A stretch of 36,283 bases of DNA, taken from NCBI RefSeq assembly GCF_001194135.2, contig NC_068981.1:25844357-25880639 (forward strand), given 5' to 3'. The notes beneath the pieces are model-generated. The model ran no database searches. It was not told the origin of the DNA and was given only the letters and a program-made list of their open reading frames with translations. How positions within the stretch are numbered: the stretch's first letter is position 1; each line of letters opens with the position of its first letter. Made by a program: the position numbers and the translations under genes. The stretch comes from Octopus bimaculoides (taxonomy: Eukaryota). Shown one piece after another: positions 1-12,664 of this stretch.

Positions 1-368
<368 letters not shown>

Positions 369-415
369 TGTCCTCAATGTTTTGGGTCCTTGCGACCAAT
401 AAAAGAAATCATTAT

Positions 416-944
416 TACAGTACACGCCATCAAAGTGACACTGGGGTAAAATATACGAAGCCCAGTATAGCCATCATGACTACCCGTCTGATAAGAGTAC
501 ACCAGGCACATGCATCACAACCAAATGTGCACAACATCGTGATCTCATATCAAGATAAACAGCGCATGAACCTTGCAGGTGGAGCCTAGTTAGAATGTTC
601 TTCATGTCGAATTGCACATCCCGCTCAAATGGTCCTCGAATAAGAGTTGTTTAAGGATGTTGAACGAAACACAGGTTTCCAGAGGTAAATTATTCAAACT
701 CCAAAGAATTCTTTTCAACACATAACTACTATACTTTCCCACTACTTCTGCTCATGATCATAGATTCACATATCGTAAGCCATCAAAAGGCATTCTCAAC
801 TGGTTACGGTCAAACAACTGACAAGCAAATCTTTGGTATTGAGCAGAATATTTATACCAAAACAAAACGTGTACATGATAACACTTCCAATCAGTTTAGA
901 TCAGAAGGGAGGAATCCCAATGCCTGGTACTGCATCAGGGCATT
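416..944. mobile_element. Unclassified interspersed repeat, probably a LINE-derived UTR-like segment
   Basis: Non-microsatellite block bounded by microsatellites. I recognise it from memory as a common octopus repeat (catgactacccgtctgataag...gcctggtactgcatcagggcatt). It is single-copy in this window, so it cannot be confirmed here. Confidence 0.4.
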
Positions 945-949
945 GATGC

Positions 950-1222
950 ATCATCATCATCATCATCATCGTTGTTATAATAGACGTCGCACAGTATACA
1001 ATATCGTGAGGTTGTTGATTGATGATATTGTGTGTACCGGGGATTTGTACTGTTTGACAAATCACAACAAGGAACTCACACAGACAGTACTTTACGCAAT
1101 ATGCGTGCAATTCCAAGCAATGCCTACTTTTTGCAATACACCTAGATTATAGGGATGACCTTCATCTTAGCGATCTCAATTCTCAGGTCTCCATGTTTAT
1201 CAACATTTTCTTTCTTTCATGA
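950..1222 (-). mobile_element. Decayed 3' end of an R4/Dong-type RLE retrotransposon with (GAT)n tail
   Basis: Minus strand gives ENVDKHGDLRIEIAKMKVIPII / LQKV-ALLGIARILRKVLSV* with an internal deletion and a frameshift. Stop at 1078-1076, ~105-nt UTR, then (GAT)n at ~969-950. Confidence 0.7.
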
Positions 1223-1267
1223 TTGTTAATATCCTAGCCCAGCCACATCAATTATTAGGCACTCTTG

Positions 1268-1483
1268 TTTCAAACGGGTCCACCATACTACCGTTTTCGC
1301 TTCAGCCATTAGACAAATAAAAATTGCCTTCCCTTCTCGGCCAAAAGAGGGCGGCGGGGCAATCCTCATAAAGAATTCAGCTGATAGTCGGATCCGTTCT
1401 ACACGCGATAGCAGGTGTTCAACATAAACCCACAGGTCAGCACGACTCGGGCTCTGGACTAGGGCGTGCAGAACAGTTTCATT
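1268..1483 (-). mobile_element. L1/Tx1-like LINE ORF2 C-terminal fragment (zinc-knuckle region)
   Basis: ETVLHALVQSPSRADLWVYVEHLLSR...IFICLMAEAKTVVWWTRLK matches the ETxxHxxxxC...W and ...IWxxRN pattern of L1/Tx1 C-termini. The knuckle Cys is replaced by Ser. Confidence 0.6.
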
Positions 1484-2341
1484 ATTACCATTATTATTAA
1501 TGCCGCAGAGAATATTACCTTCCATCTCTTCAAGATCAACGAAATAAGCCACCAGTCAAGAGTTGCTGTCGATATAAACGTCTGTTCACCTATTCACCTT
1601 CTGCCTAAAAGTATAATCCCCACCGTCATAGTACCCCATCATCGTCATCTTCAGCTTCTTCTCCGTCGTCACCATTTTCGACGTCGACGACGTCGTCAGT
1701 GCTGTCGTAGTCGTCAGGGCCATCGTCGTATTCAGTGCCGTCGTTGTTATTGTATTACTACAATAAAATACGACACAGTAAATAAATATGTACGTGACAC
1801 ATAAAAAGAAAAAAAAATAGAAGAAAAATTAAGCAGAACGACAAATATGAAAAGGAAGTCATAATGTAAAGAATAACAAAGGCTTGTTCTGGTCAATAAA
1901 CATTGCCAATGTGTTGTGTTTTTCTCTATATCTGCAGGATGGAAGTTAAGCGTGGGGAATATTTATTTGGCAAACAGACAATAAGAGAGACACAGCTGAT
2001 GCAGCAATAGTTGAAGCAGTATCAGTATCAACGGCAGCAACATCAACACTAAACAACGTTAAGAACATCATCATCATCATCATCATTAACATCATCGTCG
2101 TCGTCATCGTCGTCATCATCGTCGTCGCCGCCGTCGCCGTCGTCAGAACATCAACAACAACAGTAGTGGAAAATGATAAGTTCAGAGAGCTTAACTATTT
2201 TTGATTTTGGAATTTATAACACCCATCGATGCGTGACGGAAGCTGTTGCGTAATATATGTTATTATTAATTCTCACATGTCTAGAGATCATAATGCACAT
2301 ATTCGCACATACATAATACCTATGAAGACACACAGACAAGT

Positions 2342-2353
2342 ATAAACACACAC

Positions 2354-2408
<55 letters not shown>

Positions 2409-2580
2409 NNNNNNNNNNNNNNNNNNNNNNNNNNNNNNNNNNNNNNNNNNNNNNNNNNNNNNNNNNNNNNNNNNNNNNNNNNNNNNNNNNNNNNNNNNNN
2501 NNNNNNNNNNNNNNNNNNNNNNNNNNNNNNNNNNNNNNNNNNNNNNNNNNNNNNNNNNNNNNNNNNNNNNNNNNNNNNNN

Positions 2581-2637
<57 letters not shown>

Positions 2638-2745
2638 ATATGTGCATATATATATACACATGCGTACATACATACATACGTACACACATACATGCGTACA
2701 TACATACATACGTACATACATTCATATATACATTCATATACGTGA
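2342..2745. repeat. Compound (CA)n / gap / (TA)n / (CATA)n microsatellite
   Basis: Directly visible; N gap at 2409-2580. Confidence 0.95.
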
Positions 2746-5325
2746 TGGTGGTGGGGTGTCTATGTTTATATCTACATTGCATAAATTTGTACATATACGT
2801 AACAACCCGAGGAAGACAACAGACGTAGCAACATAATATTTATTCACATAAAATGATAGTAAGACACTAAAGACGCATCAAGAAATGATTGTTGCAAACA
2901 TTTAGGCTCATAAGATGACCAAGCTATTGAAGGAAGGGTCAGTGGTTCGAATTATGTGTCCAGCTAAGCAATATTTCCATGAGCAACATTTGCTGTTCTA
3001 ATCTAGCCACTGTAAGAGACAATAATTCATGGATGTAGTTAGTGCAACATCTTTGTCCACCTCTCTACTTAAATTTACTGTAAAAGCTACAAATTTGTAA
3101 GGTGGGGAGGAAATAGTCAAATAACTCTAGCACTGTACATGACATGTATTTAATTTTTTCCGTCCAAGGAGAAATAGAAGCTATGTCCAAGCTGGCGTGT
3201 TTTACGTTTCAGTAACGATAAAATTTAAAAATATTTGCTATAGTATCAATAAACAAATTATATGCATCTATGACATTTTTTCCTTAAATTTCTGTTTGAT
3301 TCAGAAACTACTTTTCATTTCATTGATTTTGTTAAGCAAGAATTTCTCAAATCAATTTTGATAGAATAAGCTGCAATTCTAAAAGATTTCGATTTCAAAA
3401 TATATAAAAATTAATTTAAATGTAAAAGAAAAAAAGAATTAATATAGCTACAAAATATATTTTAGGGTATTCTTCAATGAGTTGAGTCAAAGGTGTAGAA
3501 AGAAGTAGTTTAAGACTAAAGAAAACAAATATAAATAGTCATAAATTGCGCTTATTACAAAGTGAAACATTGTTGTTTATTTTATTGCAAGCAATAAAAA
3601 CAGATTGAAAATATTTTGCATTTTAGAAAAAAAAAATTGTTTATCTTTTGTAGATGCTTAAAAGCATAGATACGAGAGACGTAAATGAATTTAGGTAAAA
3701 CTATATACACACAAAACAAAACAATATACACTCACACATATACAGGACATCCAATTATTATTGTTGCTGCATCTATTGATTTGCACTCTGCAAGCCAAAA
3801 GTAGTTCGGCAATCTCTGTGCGTTGTACAAAAGAGCATCTCTGTAACCGTACGTTACCTCTGCCAGATGTTCTTTTTCACCCTGGTCACTTAAACACATA
3901 CGTTATTGCGCACTCTGTTTGTTTAAAGCTATTTTAATCACGTTGAATTTTTACCTAACCGTAACCCTGGTCGATAAATCGAGTGCTTATAAAATCTTGG
4001 CTTGTTTCCCACCTCAAATTTCACATATTTCCAGTCATAACCATCACTGACTCTATTAGACATTCCTCATCAAAGCAGCATGCCTAATATTTGCCAAAGT
4101 TACAAAATACTTCTACTTTGAACATCATGGTACTTGAAGTTAGTCAAAGCTCACCCAGATCTAAAGATCCTTTCCAAAATGTTCTACTTTTGATCTTTGG
4201 CAAATCAATAGACATCATGTATTGTAGATATGTGGATATTGACGGAGACATTCAATTTTATCGGATCTTAATTTTTACTTCGGGGTTCATACCTGCTACT
4301 AGCATATTTGAAGTAATAATATCTATACATATCACTGCTTAGTGCTGTGTTTATACACATCACTTGCACTTATACGTATCACTTCTTAGCGCTGCCACGT
4401 CGTAATTTGTTCACGATTAGTGCTACCAGTCATTGTACGATGACTGGAATATCATAAGAGCGACAATCTCTCTTATCAACTCGCAGAGCACTCTGTCTGG
4501 TTTCTCTTGCTGAAGAAGAGATAAGCACTCCGATAATCTTGCCTCTCACGGTCTGGGTAGGTGGTGATGCGAGCTGATTTTGGTATTTACACCATTTGTC
4601 AAAAGCGAGAAATTTTCTCTATGACAAAACATAGTGATTTGCATTCTTACGGGTTCGAACGTGCCACAAGAATATTTGAACTAACAATAACCTTGCACAT
4701 TTTACTTTATACTCCAAATTAGCATGTCAGTATATGTTTTTCATATCCAAGTCATTTGAGATAAGCCGGTGTCGAGAACATCATTAGAAGGTTATTCTTC
4801 CACATCCTTAAAAAAATATAGCCGTACATCCCTAAAATCTAAAGTGCTAAATATGTAGTTGTGACATCGGTATACTGGCGAAAAGAACACTACTTATGAC
4901 ACGTGAAAAGTATGTTGATCAGTCACTGACGTGATATGGAAAATTTGGAAGATTGCGCAACCCCATAGTAGAAACAGCTGTAAGTGTTTAGTATTTGCAA
5001 ACTCATTTATTTTTATTCGTTTATTTTTTTATTCATCTATTTATTTACTTATTCGTTTGCTTATTTCATTCGTTTATTTGGATCACTTACACATGATTGT
5101 AATCAATTAATAAATAGATATAATTGAATGTTTACAGGCTGATCACTTCGATTGTTTATCTTCTCCATTTTCTTATAAATCCTGGTAAAGTTCTGCGTTA
5201 CCCCCACCTATACCAAGTATTCCATTGCGATACAGCCGTGCAATAGTAAGCACTTGGATATAAATACGAAGTGGATATTTACTATCTCTTACATGGTTGC
5301 TTAACCTGTAACTCATACAGACATG

Positions 5326-5378
5326 CATATATACACATACATACATACATACGTACATACATACATACGTACATACAT

Positions 5379-5409
<31 letters not shown>

Positions 5410-5437
5410 TACACACACACACACACATATATATACA
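5326..5437. repeat. (CATA)n(CA)n(TA)n microsatellite
   Basis: Directly visible. Confidence 0.95.
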
Positions 5438-5480
5438 ATAACGAAGGCAACTATAGGCAATATAAAATCAAACAAGAAGA

Positions 5481-6180
5481 ATTCGATTATCACTATTTGT
5501 GACTGAGGGTGCCGAGTAGTAACTATATTGCTAGAAGTAAGAGCTAAAAACCCGTAGAGCCGAAATTAAGCACATTTTCATATACTATCAAGGGTGATAA
5601 TGACCCCCACAGTGAAGATAGGTCATTATACCAGACTAGTTTCACTTGAAAATTAAATGCTCATTAATAGTGACTACGCCATCGCCGGATGGTTTGGCTA
5701 AATCCTGAACTACCAGTATATATATATATTTATCATATGAATTTATGGCTGATTCAGCAAAATGCTGCTGTAAGGATTTTAAACTCTTATTTCTAGCAAT
5801 ATAGGTACTACCCGGCACCCTCATTGACAATTAGTGTCAACTGAATTTTTCCTTTTTGATTTTATATTGCGTATAGCTGCCTTCATTATTTATTATTTAC
5901 ACATTAGCATTTTGCTGAATCAGTCATAGATTCATATGCTAAATATATATACCGGCAGTTAAGGTTCAGCCAAACCATTCAACAATGGATTAGCCTTACT
6001 AATGAGCTTGCATTTTCAAACAGAATTAGTCTAGTATAGTGATCTAGCTTTGCTGTGGGGTGGTTATCTACCCTTTTAGTATATGAAGATGTGGTTCTTG
6101 TGGCTCTTAGTGTTTTTAACTATTATTTCTAGCAATATAGCTGCTAATCGGCATCCTCAGTCACAATTGGTGACAATTCA
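5481..6180. repeat. Fold-back structure: ~285-bp imperfect inverted arms plus a third copy of the terminal ~65-bp motif (MITE-like)
   Basis: 5489-5771 aligns to the reverse complement of 5901-6174, roughly 70-75% identical by eye. The terminal motif (gtgactgagggtgccg..tagta.ctatattgctagaa.taagag) occurs at 5481-5550 (+), 5781-5846 (-) and ~6110-6180 (-). Confidence 0.85.
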
Positions 6181-6247
<67 letters not shown>

Positions 6248-6252
6248 AACAC

Positions 6253-6422
6253 ATTTATACGAGGCGCTTTCAGTCAGTTTCTATTTACAAAATCCACTCA
6301 CAAACATTTGTTCGGCCAGAGTCTATAGTAGAAGCCAGTTGAGTAATGTACCAAACCGTGAGACTGAACCTAGAGCCATGTGGTTGGGAAACAACTTTTT
6401 ATCATACAGCCACGCCTGCGCA
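6253..6422 (-). mobile_element. SINE family A, tRNA-like 5' half
   Basis: Reverse complement matches the copies at 12009-12140 and 28033-28200 (gcgcaggcgtggctgt...tggatt.tg...agacggaaactga). Confidence 0.75.
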
Positions 6423-7139
6423 TTTCGTAAAATAAGATATATTCCTATGCCGTAAAGACATCGGAGTTTCGAGGTTCTGTAAATGATTCTACATCTGTTA
6501 TGTGAGCCATTCAGAATTTATATATTGAAAGGGTGAAAGGCAGTGTGTTAAAACACAGTTTTTTCTTATGAAACACTAACTATTATATGGAAATCTAATA
6601 TAAACGATAAATTGGCAAGAACATAATCTTGAGTTCTTAATTTCATACTTTTCTGTTCCGTGTTGAAAAGGAGATATAATAATTACACTTCATGTGTTGG
6701 CTCCAGTTGAAACGACTCTCCTACAAAAGTTGTACATTTGAAAAGACGACATAGAATAATACGAGAAAAAAGACAGAAGGAACCAGAAAGAAAAAGGAGA
6801 AAAGAAAAATTTGGAGTACTATACTATACTATACTAACAATATCAACAGAATCCTGAGGAGTCAAACAAGAACATAAATAAAACTGTCAAGAACCAGGCG
6901 TCACTGTAATATGTATTATTGAGGTAGATCCAAATTTGTTTGATTAGTATTTTATTAATGGTCATATTGGAAATCGATCGCTTCCGGTGCATGGAAGAAC
7001 AAATATGAAAACAAATCATGTAACAAGTATTGAACTGTTCAAACATGTATACACACAAGCACAACCATACACTTTCCCACTCACATATATAGGTTTATGA
7101 TTGGTTATGTAACACATCATATTCGCGTATGTATCTATG

Positions 7140-7217
7140 AACGTATACACATAAACATATTATATATACACATACATATATATATATATACATACGTACA
7201 TACACACACGCACACGC

Positions 7218-7291
<74 letters not shown>

Positions 7292-7325
7292 TACACATGC
7301 ACACGCTAATACACACACACACATA
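7140..7325. repeat. (TA)n-centred compound microsatellite
   Basis: Directly visible. Confidence 0.95.
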
Positions 7326-7704
7326 CAGATATTCCTATTTCTACGTATATGTATGCATGATTTGTGCTATATGTTTCTCTTGCTAGTTTCGGTGCATCTG
7401 TGCTTATTTTCTAGGTGCATGTATATGTGTGACGAAGAGAAGAGAAAGTATTGGCAAAAAGACAAAAGAGAGAAGTAAGTGCAACGAGAGAACGTGATGA
7501 AATTTTGAGTATATGTCTATGTAAATTGACGTGTCTGTCTGTGCATGTTACATGTATGGTCTCATCAGCTCTGTAGATGCATTTTGTCTGCTATGTAAGT
7601 CTTAGAAAACTGATAATGTTAAAACATTTTATAAATGTGTCATTTTACATACAGGTGGCTATGAAAGTTTTAGCTCTCCGTGTCGAATACAATCGATGTT
7701 GACA

Positions 7705-9330
7705 TATGTATGTATGTTTGCTAGTTTTAATTTTTGCTTCAGAAATTTCTCAGGAATGGAGAACACGCCTGTTTCTAACCTAAATCATATCCTCTTTATT
7801 CCAGCTGAAAAAAACATGAGTGTAATAGTTATGCCTACGTCTTTCATATATTTGTAAATTTGTAAATATTTATGTATACAGATATGCGTATAAGCATACA
7901 TATGCATAAATATATGCTTGCACATGCATGCGTTCCAGCATGGATTCATTTCATGTGAGGGTTATGTACCTATGTATCTGCACAAGAACATAAGACTGCC
8001 TGTCTATATTTGTGTTTATCTTATTATTATATGCTAAATTTCTTCAATATTTTGGCGACAACTTTGACAAAAAATTTAGTTGCTTGTACCCTGTGGCTAA
8101 GTCGATGTTCTTTTCTAGTTTTATTAAATTGCTATTGAGACAGTAAAAAACGTTTATAAGTGCTCCGATAGGAGCGAATTGAAACCTATAATCCGGGTGC
8201 TGTAACTGTAGATATCTCCCTAGTTCAACATCTAGGTTTTCCTTATTAAAGACCATTAGCATTGCATTAACATCTGCTGCGTAATTGATTTTTAGTGTGC
8301 ATAATTTCTTTTCTCCCTCTCAATTTATTAGGCCTGGTCTGTTGTGCTTGCATTTTAACGTTGTTTTGATAGGAACATTCTACCTAGATTTTTTCATAAT
8401 AGGGATGATGTGATATTATGACTGATTATGCCATGAGTATTATTGAAGCTTTTTATATTCCTTTCTTCCGATACCTTTTTCTATAGATTTTGTCAAATAA
8501 TGTTCTGGCTACAATATCATGCCTCATTGGCAAATAAACATTATTGATATTTCCGGACAAATAGTTGAGATGTGGGCAATATGCTCGGTGTTGATAAGGC
8601 AGAGACTGTTTTGGTTGTTACATCTAGATGGTGTACATGCTTTCCAATCTTTATAGACAATATGTTTTTAGATGCTTTTAGTTACTACCTGCTCAAGTAC
8701 TGAAAAGCATATCCTTCACAGTGAGACCGCTTTGATTATCAATCTAGCAAGTAATGAATTTACTGAGAAAATTGCCGTGGATGATTTTTACTAATGGTTA
8801 TATATACAACCTCATTTGTGATGATCTTTAATGGCAGAGTTGTACAGCGTTTGTGTTGTATATCCCTAGATGTCAGCAAGGTAACACCTTCTGAAATATC
8901 TTTATGGAAAATAAATATTTATATTATCGTCAGGTGTGGAACTTGACCGATGGCTGCGTGTCAACATTTTCCGGTTGGTACCTAATGTCGAAGGTATACG
9001 GTGTGCCATCTGAAAGCTGTTCAACTCAATGCTAAATCTCCAGCGCTTTACTTTTGCGTTTAATATATAAGAGCTCTATATCATTCTTGATGAAAGCATT
9101 TCTGAATTGGATAAACAAGATTTTGGCATATAATTAATTGGAAGTTTTACACTGTGTAAACGGCATTGCATTTGGATCTCAATTTTGTTTCTGCCAGCAC
9201 TAACCATGTTTGTTTATATATTTATACAAGATTGTTGATAAAGATCAATAGCATAAATACGACACAAAGTTGTTTTTTGTACCAGTATGCCACTGTCAAT
9301 TTTCTTCCTCGTACTGCCTTATTTTGGGTT
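7705..9330 (-). mobile_element. Decayed R4-type RLE non-LTR retrotransposon with (CATA)n tail
   Basis: Minus-strand motifs appear in the expected order: zinc-knuckle remnant LCLINTEHIAHISTICP (~8606-8556), RHD (8524-8516), KCKHNRP (~8355-8335), and ELGRYLQLQHPDYRFQFAPIGAL (ORF 8262-8044). The 3' UTR (7810-7717, gatttaggttagaaac) matches that of the 18181-18779 copy. (TATG)n at 7705-7716. The 5' limit is uncertain; only weak RT-like remnants at ~8900-9330. Confidence 0.75.
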
Positions 9331-9904
9331 TTTTAAATCAGATTCAAGTATCACACCATTGATACTGCACGCTTTTGCTTTAATACAGTGACAGCATTAC
9401 TTTCGGATATCGTCTTACTACCCTGTATATTGATAACATTAATTCGCATCACTCTACATTTTTTCTTGCGAAGGAGCATCTTTACAGTTATTCTCTTGTG
9501 ATGCCGGAGTTTTGGCTCACAACTTTTAAGTCCAATTTGAGGGTGACTAATATTCTCAACTTCCCTATTTTTAACACGATGCATTTTTGTCTCCATACAT
9601 GCTTTTACATTGTGTGTAGTTTACGTTCATTGTTATTGTGTAGTGCAGCTCCTTGTCTGCATGTGATAAGTAACGTCACATAACCGATATACTTCAATAA
9701 ATTTTCGATCGTTATTTATCTATTTTCAAGATCCACTGAACCAGATTAAAACAATTCTTTTGCCTCTCTTCAGTCCTACTCTATCCCCAACATGGTGATC
9801 TGAATTTGCATAAAGGACATATAAACTAGGGCTCAGTTGCCAAAATGAACTTCCTTACTTTGACGTAAATATTTGTTTCAAATTTCGACAAAGCCAGTAA
9901 TTTT

Positions 9905-10090
9905 GGGTAAGTGGATAAGTCGATTACATCGATACGAGTGTTCAACAAGTACTTACTTTATCGATCCCGAATGGCTGAAAGGCCAAGTCGATCTCTGTGG
10001 AATTTGAACTCAGAACATAAAGGACGAAATGCCGTTAAGCACTTTTCCCGGAGTGCTAAGGATTCTGCCAGGTTGCTAAGGATTCTGCCC
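9905..10090 (-). mobile_element. SINE family B
   Basis: Reverse complement matches the 30872-31097 copy. Contains a local duplication of gctaaggattctgcc. Confidence 0.8.
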
Positions 10091-10175
10091 TTAGGCTGAT
10101 GCAAATATTAACAAATAATTTGGTTTAATACTTCAAGCATCAAATCATTTATATTTTACTATTTATACCAGAAAG

Positions 10176-10389
10176 GGCGGTGCACGGGCAGAATCGTTTG
10201 CTCACCAGAAAATTGCTTAGCGGCATTTTGCTCATCTTTATGCTATAATTTAAGTTCCACCAGGGTCGACATTGCCTTTCATTCTTTCAGTGTCAATAAA
10301 AATAGGTACCAGCTGAGCACAAGGGTCGATACAATCAATCAGCTCCCTCTACCAAAATTTCATGCCTTGCATTAATAGTAGCAAAAATT
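10176..10389 (+). mobile_element. SINE family B (diverged)
   Basis: ggcagaatcgtt...gcttagcggc...ggtcgac.ttgcctttcat...taggtaccag...gggtcgat; homologous to 30872-31097. Confidence 0.75.
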
Positions 10390-10745
10390 ACTTATGCAAG
10401 ATGTCTATTATAAATAAATACTGGAATATCTTGATTTAAATGAGAAAACACCCCGTTGTTTATACTAAATTGATGTTCTAGTTCCTAATTTATTTCTACT
10501 GTCGCTACTATGCAAATTTCATCGGAGTGTTTGTAGGAGTCAAATATGACGTGGTAGCAATAGAGCTCAAGCCCGATTGTTAGACTTCATAACTGCGACA
10601 AGAACTTCGTTTGTTCTGCAGGCATATCTGGTTCACAAGTCATTATTTAAGCTGTGTTTATATTTTCGGTAATAAAATTACACGCACCGTTTTACGGAAA
10701 AAATTACCGTACGCTCGTTTGCGTAAAAAAAAAAAAAAATACCAC

Positions 10746-11297
10746 TTGTGGGTTTAATTGTTTTTCCGGAAAATTAAGAAGCTCTGGAGGGAATCCATTG
10801 CAGTATGTTGTTATTCTTTTGTTATAGGCAGTAAACGAGAATTCATGCAACAATTTATAGAAATTAAGTGGATCATTATTGAATACGTATCTACAATAAA
10901 CTCTATTTTGTAGTTACGATTCTTCCATAACAGCTAAAATTATTTTGCTTAAATCTCTCGATATCTTGCTTAAATTCTCTCTCTCTCTTCCACCCCCCAC
11001 CCCCACATATATATGTNNNNNNNNNNTTGTGGGTTTAATTGTTTTTCCGGAAAATTAAGAAGCTCTGGAGGGAATCCATTGCAGTATGTTGTTATTCTTT
11101 TGTTATAGGCAGTAAACGAGAATTCATGCAACAATTTATAGAAATTAAGTGGATCATTATTGAATACGTATCTACAATAAACTCTATTTTGTAGTTACGA
11201 TTCTTCCATAACAGCTAAAATTATTTTGCTTAAATCTCTCGATATCTTGCTTAAATTCTCTCTCTCTCTTCCACCCCCCACCCCCACATATATATGT
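10746..11297. other. Identical 271-bp direct duplication flanking a 10-N gap (probable assembly overlap)
   Basis: 10746-11016 and 11027-11297 look identical and are separated only by N at 11017-11026. Confidence 0.85.
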
Positions 11298-11394
11298 GGG
11301 GTGGGGTGGGGTGAGGTGGGGTGAGGTGGGGTGAGGAGGGTGGGGGTCTGTGTGTGTCTATGGGTGAAGATGAGAGGCCTATAAGTTAGGGTGC

Positions 11395-11500
11395 TGCACA
11401 CACGATCATTAAATCATGGGTTCCTTTCCCTGAACGACTGGCACGTTGTGTTCTTGAGATAAATACTTCATTCCACGTTGCTCCAGTCCCTCTTTCGATC
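11395..11500 (+). mobile_element. Decayed SINE fragment of a third family (ttgtgttcttgag...ccacgttgctccagtc)
   Basis: Resembles the central 'ttgtgtccttgagcaagacactt' domain of metazoan tRNA-SINEs. Recognised from memory; single copy here. Confidence 0.35.
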
Positions 11501-12008
11501 ATGGGGGAACGTCAAGTGAAGGCGGGTGCAGGGTGCACCACCATTGCTAGAAATGAGAGTCATAGAATTTTTGGCCACAAAAGCACACGTACTGATAAGT
11601 TAGACAACCTCCCCACCGCGAGCGAGGGCATTAAATTGTTTTTTTCCTTATTAGTTATTTGTGGCTGCAGGTCTATGAGTCTTATTTCTAGCTGGTGCTC
11701 ATATATTGTCTATAAATAGTATCTGATAATGTTTACGTTTTGCTTTTGTTTACAAAGTTGATATTGACCCTAGGTTTACGCACAAATATTGATGACGCAA
11801 TATTATTATATGCCAACTAACTAGCAGTTTTGATACGTCATATTTTTTGTTGTTTTCGGTATTCTTAACATACGCATGCACAACTACTTGATGAATGCTA
11901 CTATTTCCCTACTCTCTCTCTAGCCATCTTTCTCTCTCATTTGTGCCCTAACTACCACATCACTACCAATAAAAACTATCATGTATTACAAGTGCACACG
12001 CACAAATA

Positions 12009-12390
12009 TGCTTGCTTACGAACCACATGGTCCCGGGTTCAGTTCCACTGCGTGGCACCTTGAGCAAATGTCTTCTACTATAGCCTCGGGCCGACCGAAG
12101 CCTTGTGAGTGGATTTGGTAGACGGAAACTGAAAGAAGCCCGTCGTATAAATGTATATATATGTATATGTATGTGTGTGTATATGTTTGTGTGTCTGTGT
12201 TTGTCCCCCCAACATCGCTTGACAACCGATGCTGGTGTGTTTACGTCCCCGTAACCTAGCGGTTCGGCAAAAGAGCCCGATAGATTAAGTACTAGGCTTA
12301 CAAAAAATAAGTCTTGGGGTCGATTTGTTCGACTAAAGGCGGTGCTTCAGCATGGCCACAGTCAAATGACTGAAACAAGTAAAAGAGTAA
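12009..12390 (+). mobile_element. SINE family A, near-complete (tRNA-like head, internal microsatellite, 3' half)
   Basis: B-box-like ggttcagttcc at ~12037-12047, internal (TA/TG)n at ~12150-12200, 3' end cagcatggccacagtcaaatgactgaaacaagtaaaag. Highly similar to 26003-26378. Confidence 0.9.
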
Positions 12391-12664
12391 ATGCAAATAA
12401 CTTCTTTTAAAAAACGCACACATCTGGGCCTGTCATAGGTCAACCAACACATTGAAATGTAACTCTCTTTTGGAAAATTCTCTCCTGATAAAATACCAAA
12501 TTAACCAGTTTCAATATAACAATTTTAACTAAATTAATTTAATTTCTGTATTTGAAATAATTGGGTATAGAAACGGCTTGTGGTACAGGAATTTCATGAT
12601 ATGGATTTGAATATATTTAAATAAACTGATGTCTCTATGTTAATTTAACTATTTTCTTCCTTTT

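Noticed and set aside
1637-1760. (CGT)n-rich region giving an Arg-rich ORF (1466-1804)
   Set aside because: Degenerate trinucleotide repeat; the peptide is a low-complexity artefact.
4091-4342. 83-aa ORF in unique sequence
   Set aside because: TTG start, no recognisable motif, and a length expected by chance.
10746-11297. Perfect 271-bp tandem duplication
   Set aside because: Identical copies separated only by a 10-N gap, the typical signature of an unmerged contig overlap rather than a biological repeat.
12009-12070. tRNA-like A/B boxes here and in other SINE heads (also GGTTCGAA at ~2946 and ~4653)
   Set aside because: No cloverleaf or anticodon arm can be built. These are SINE heads or isolated motifs, not tRNA genes.
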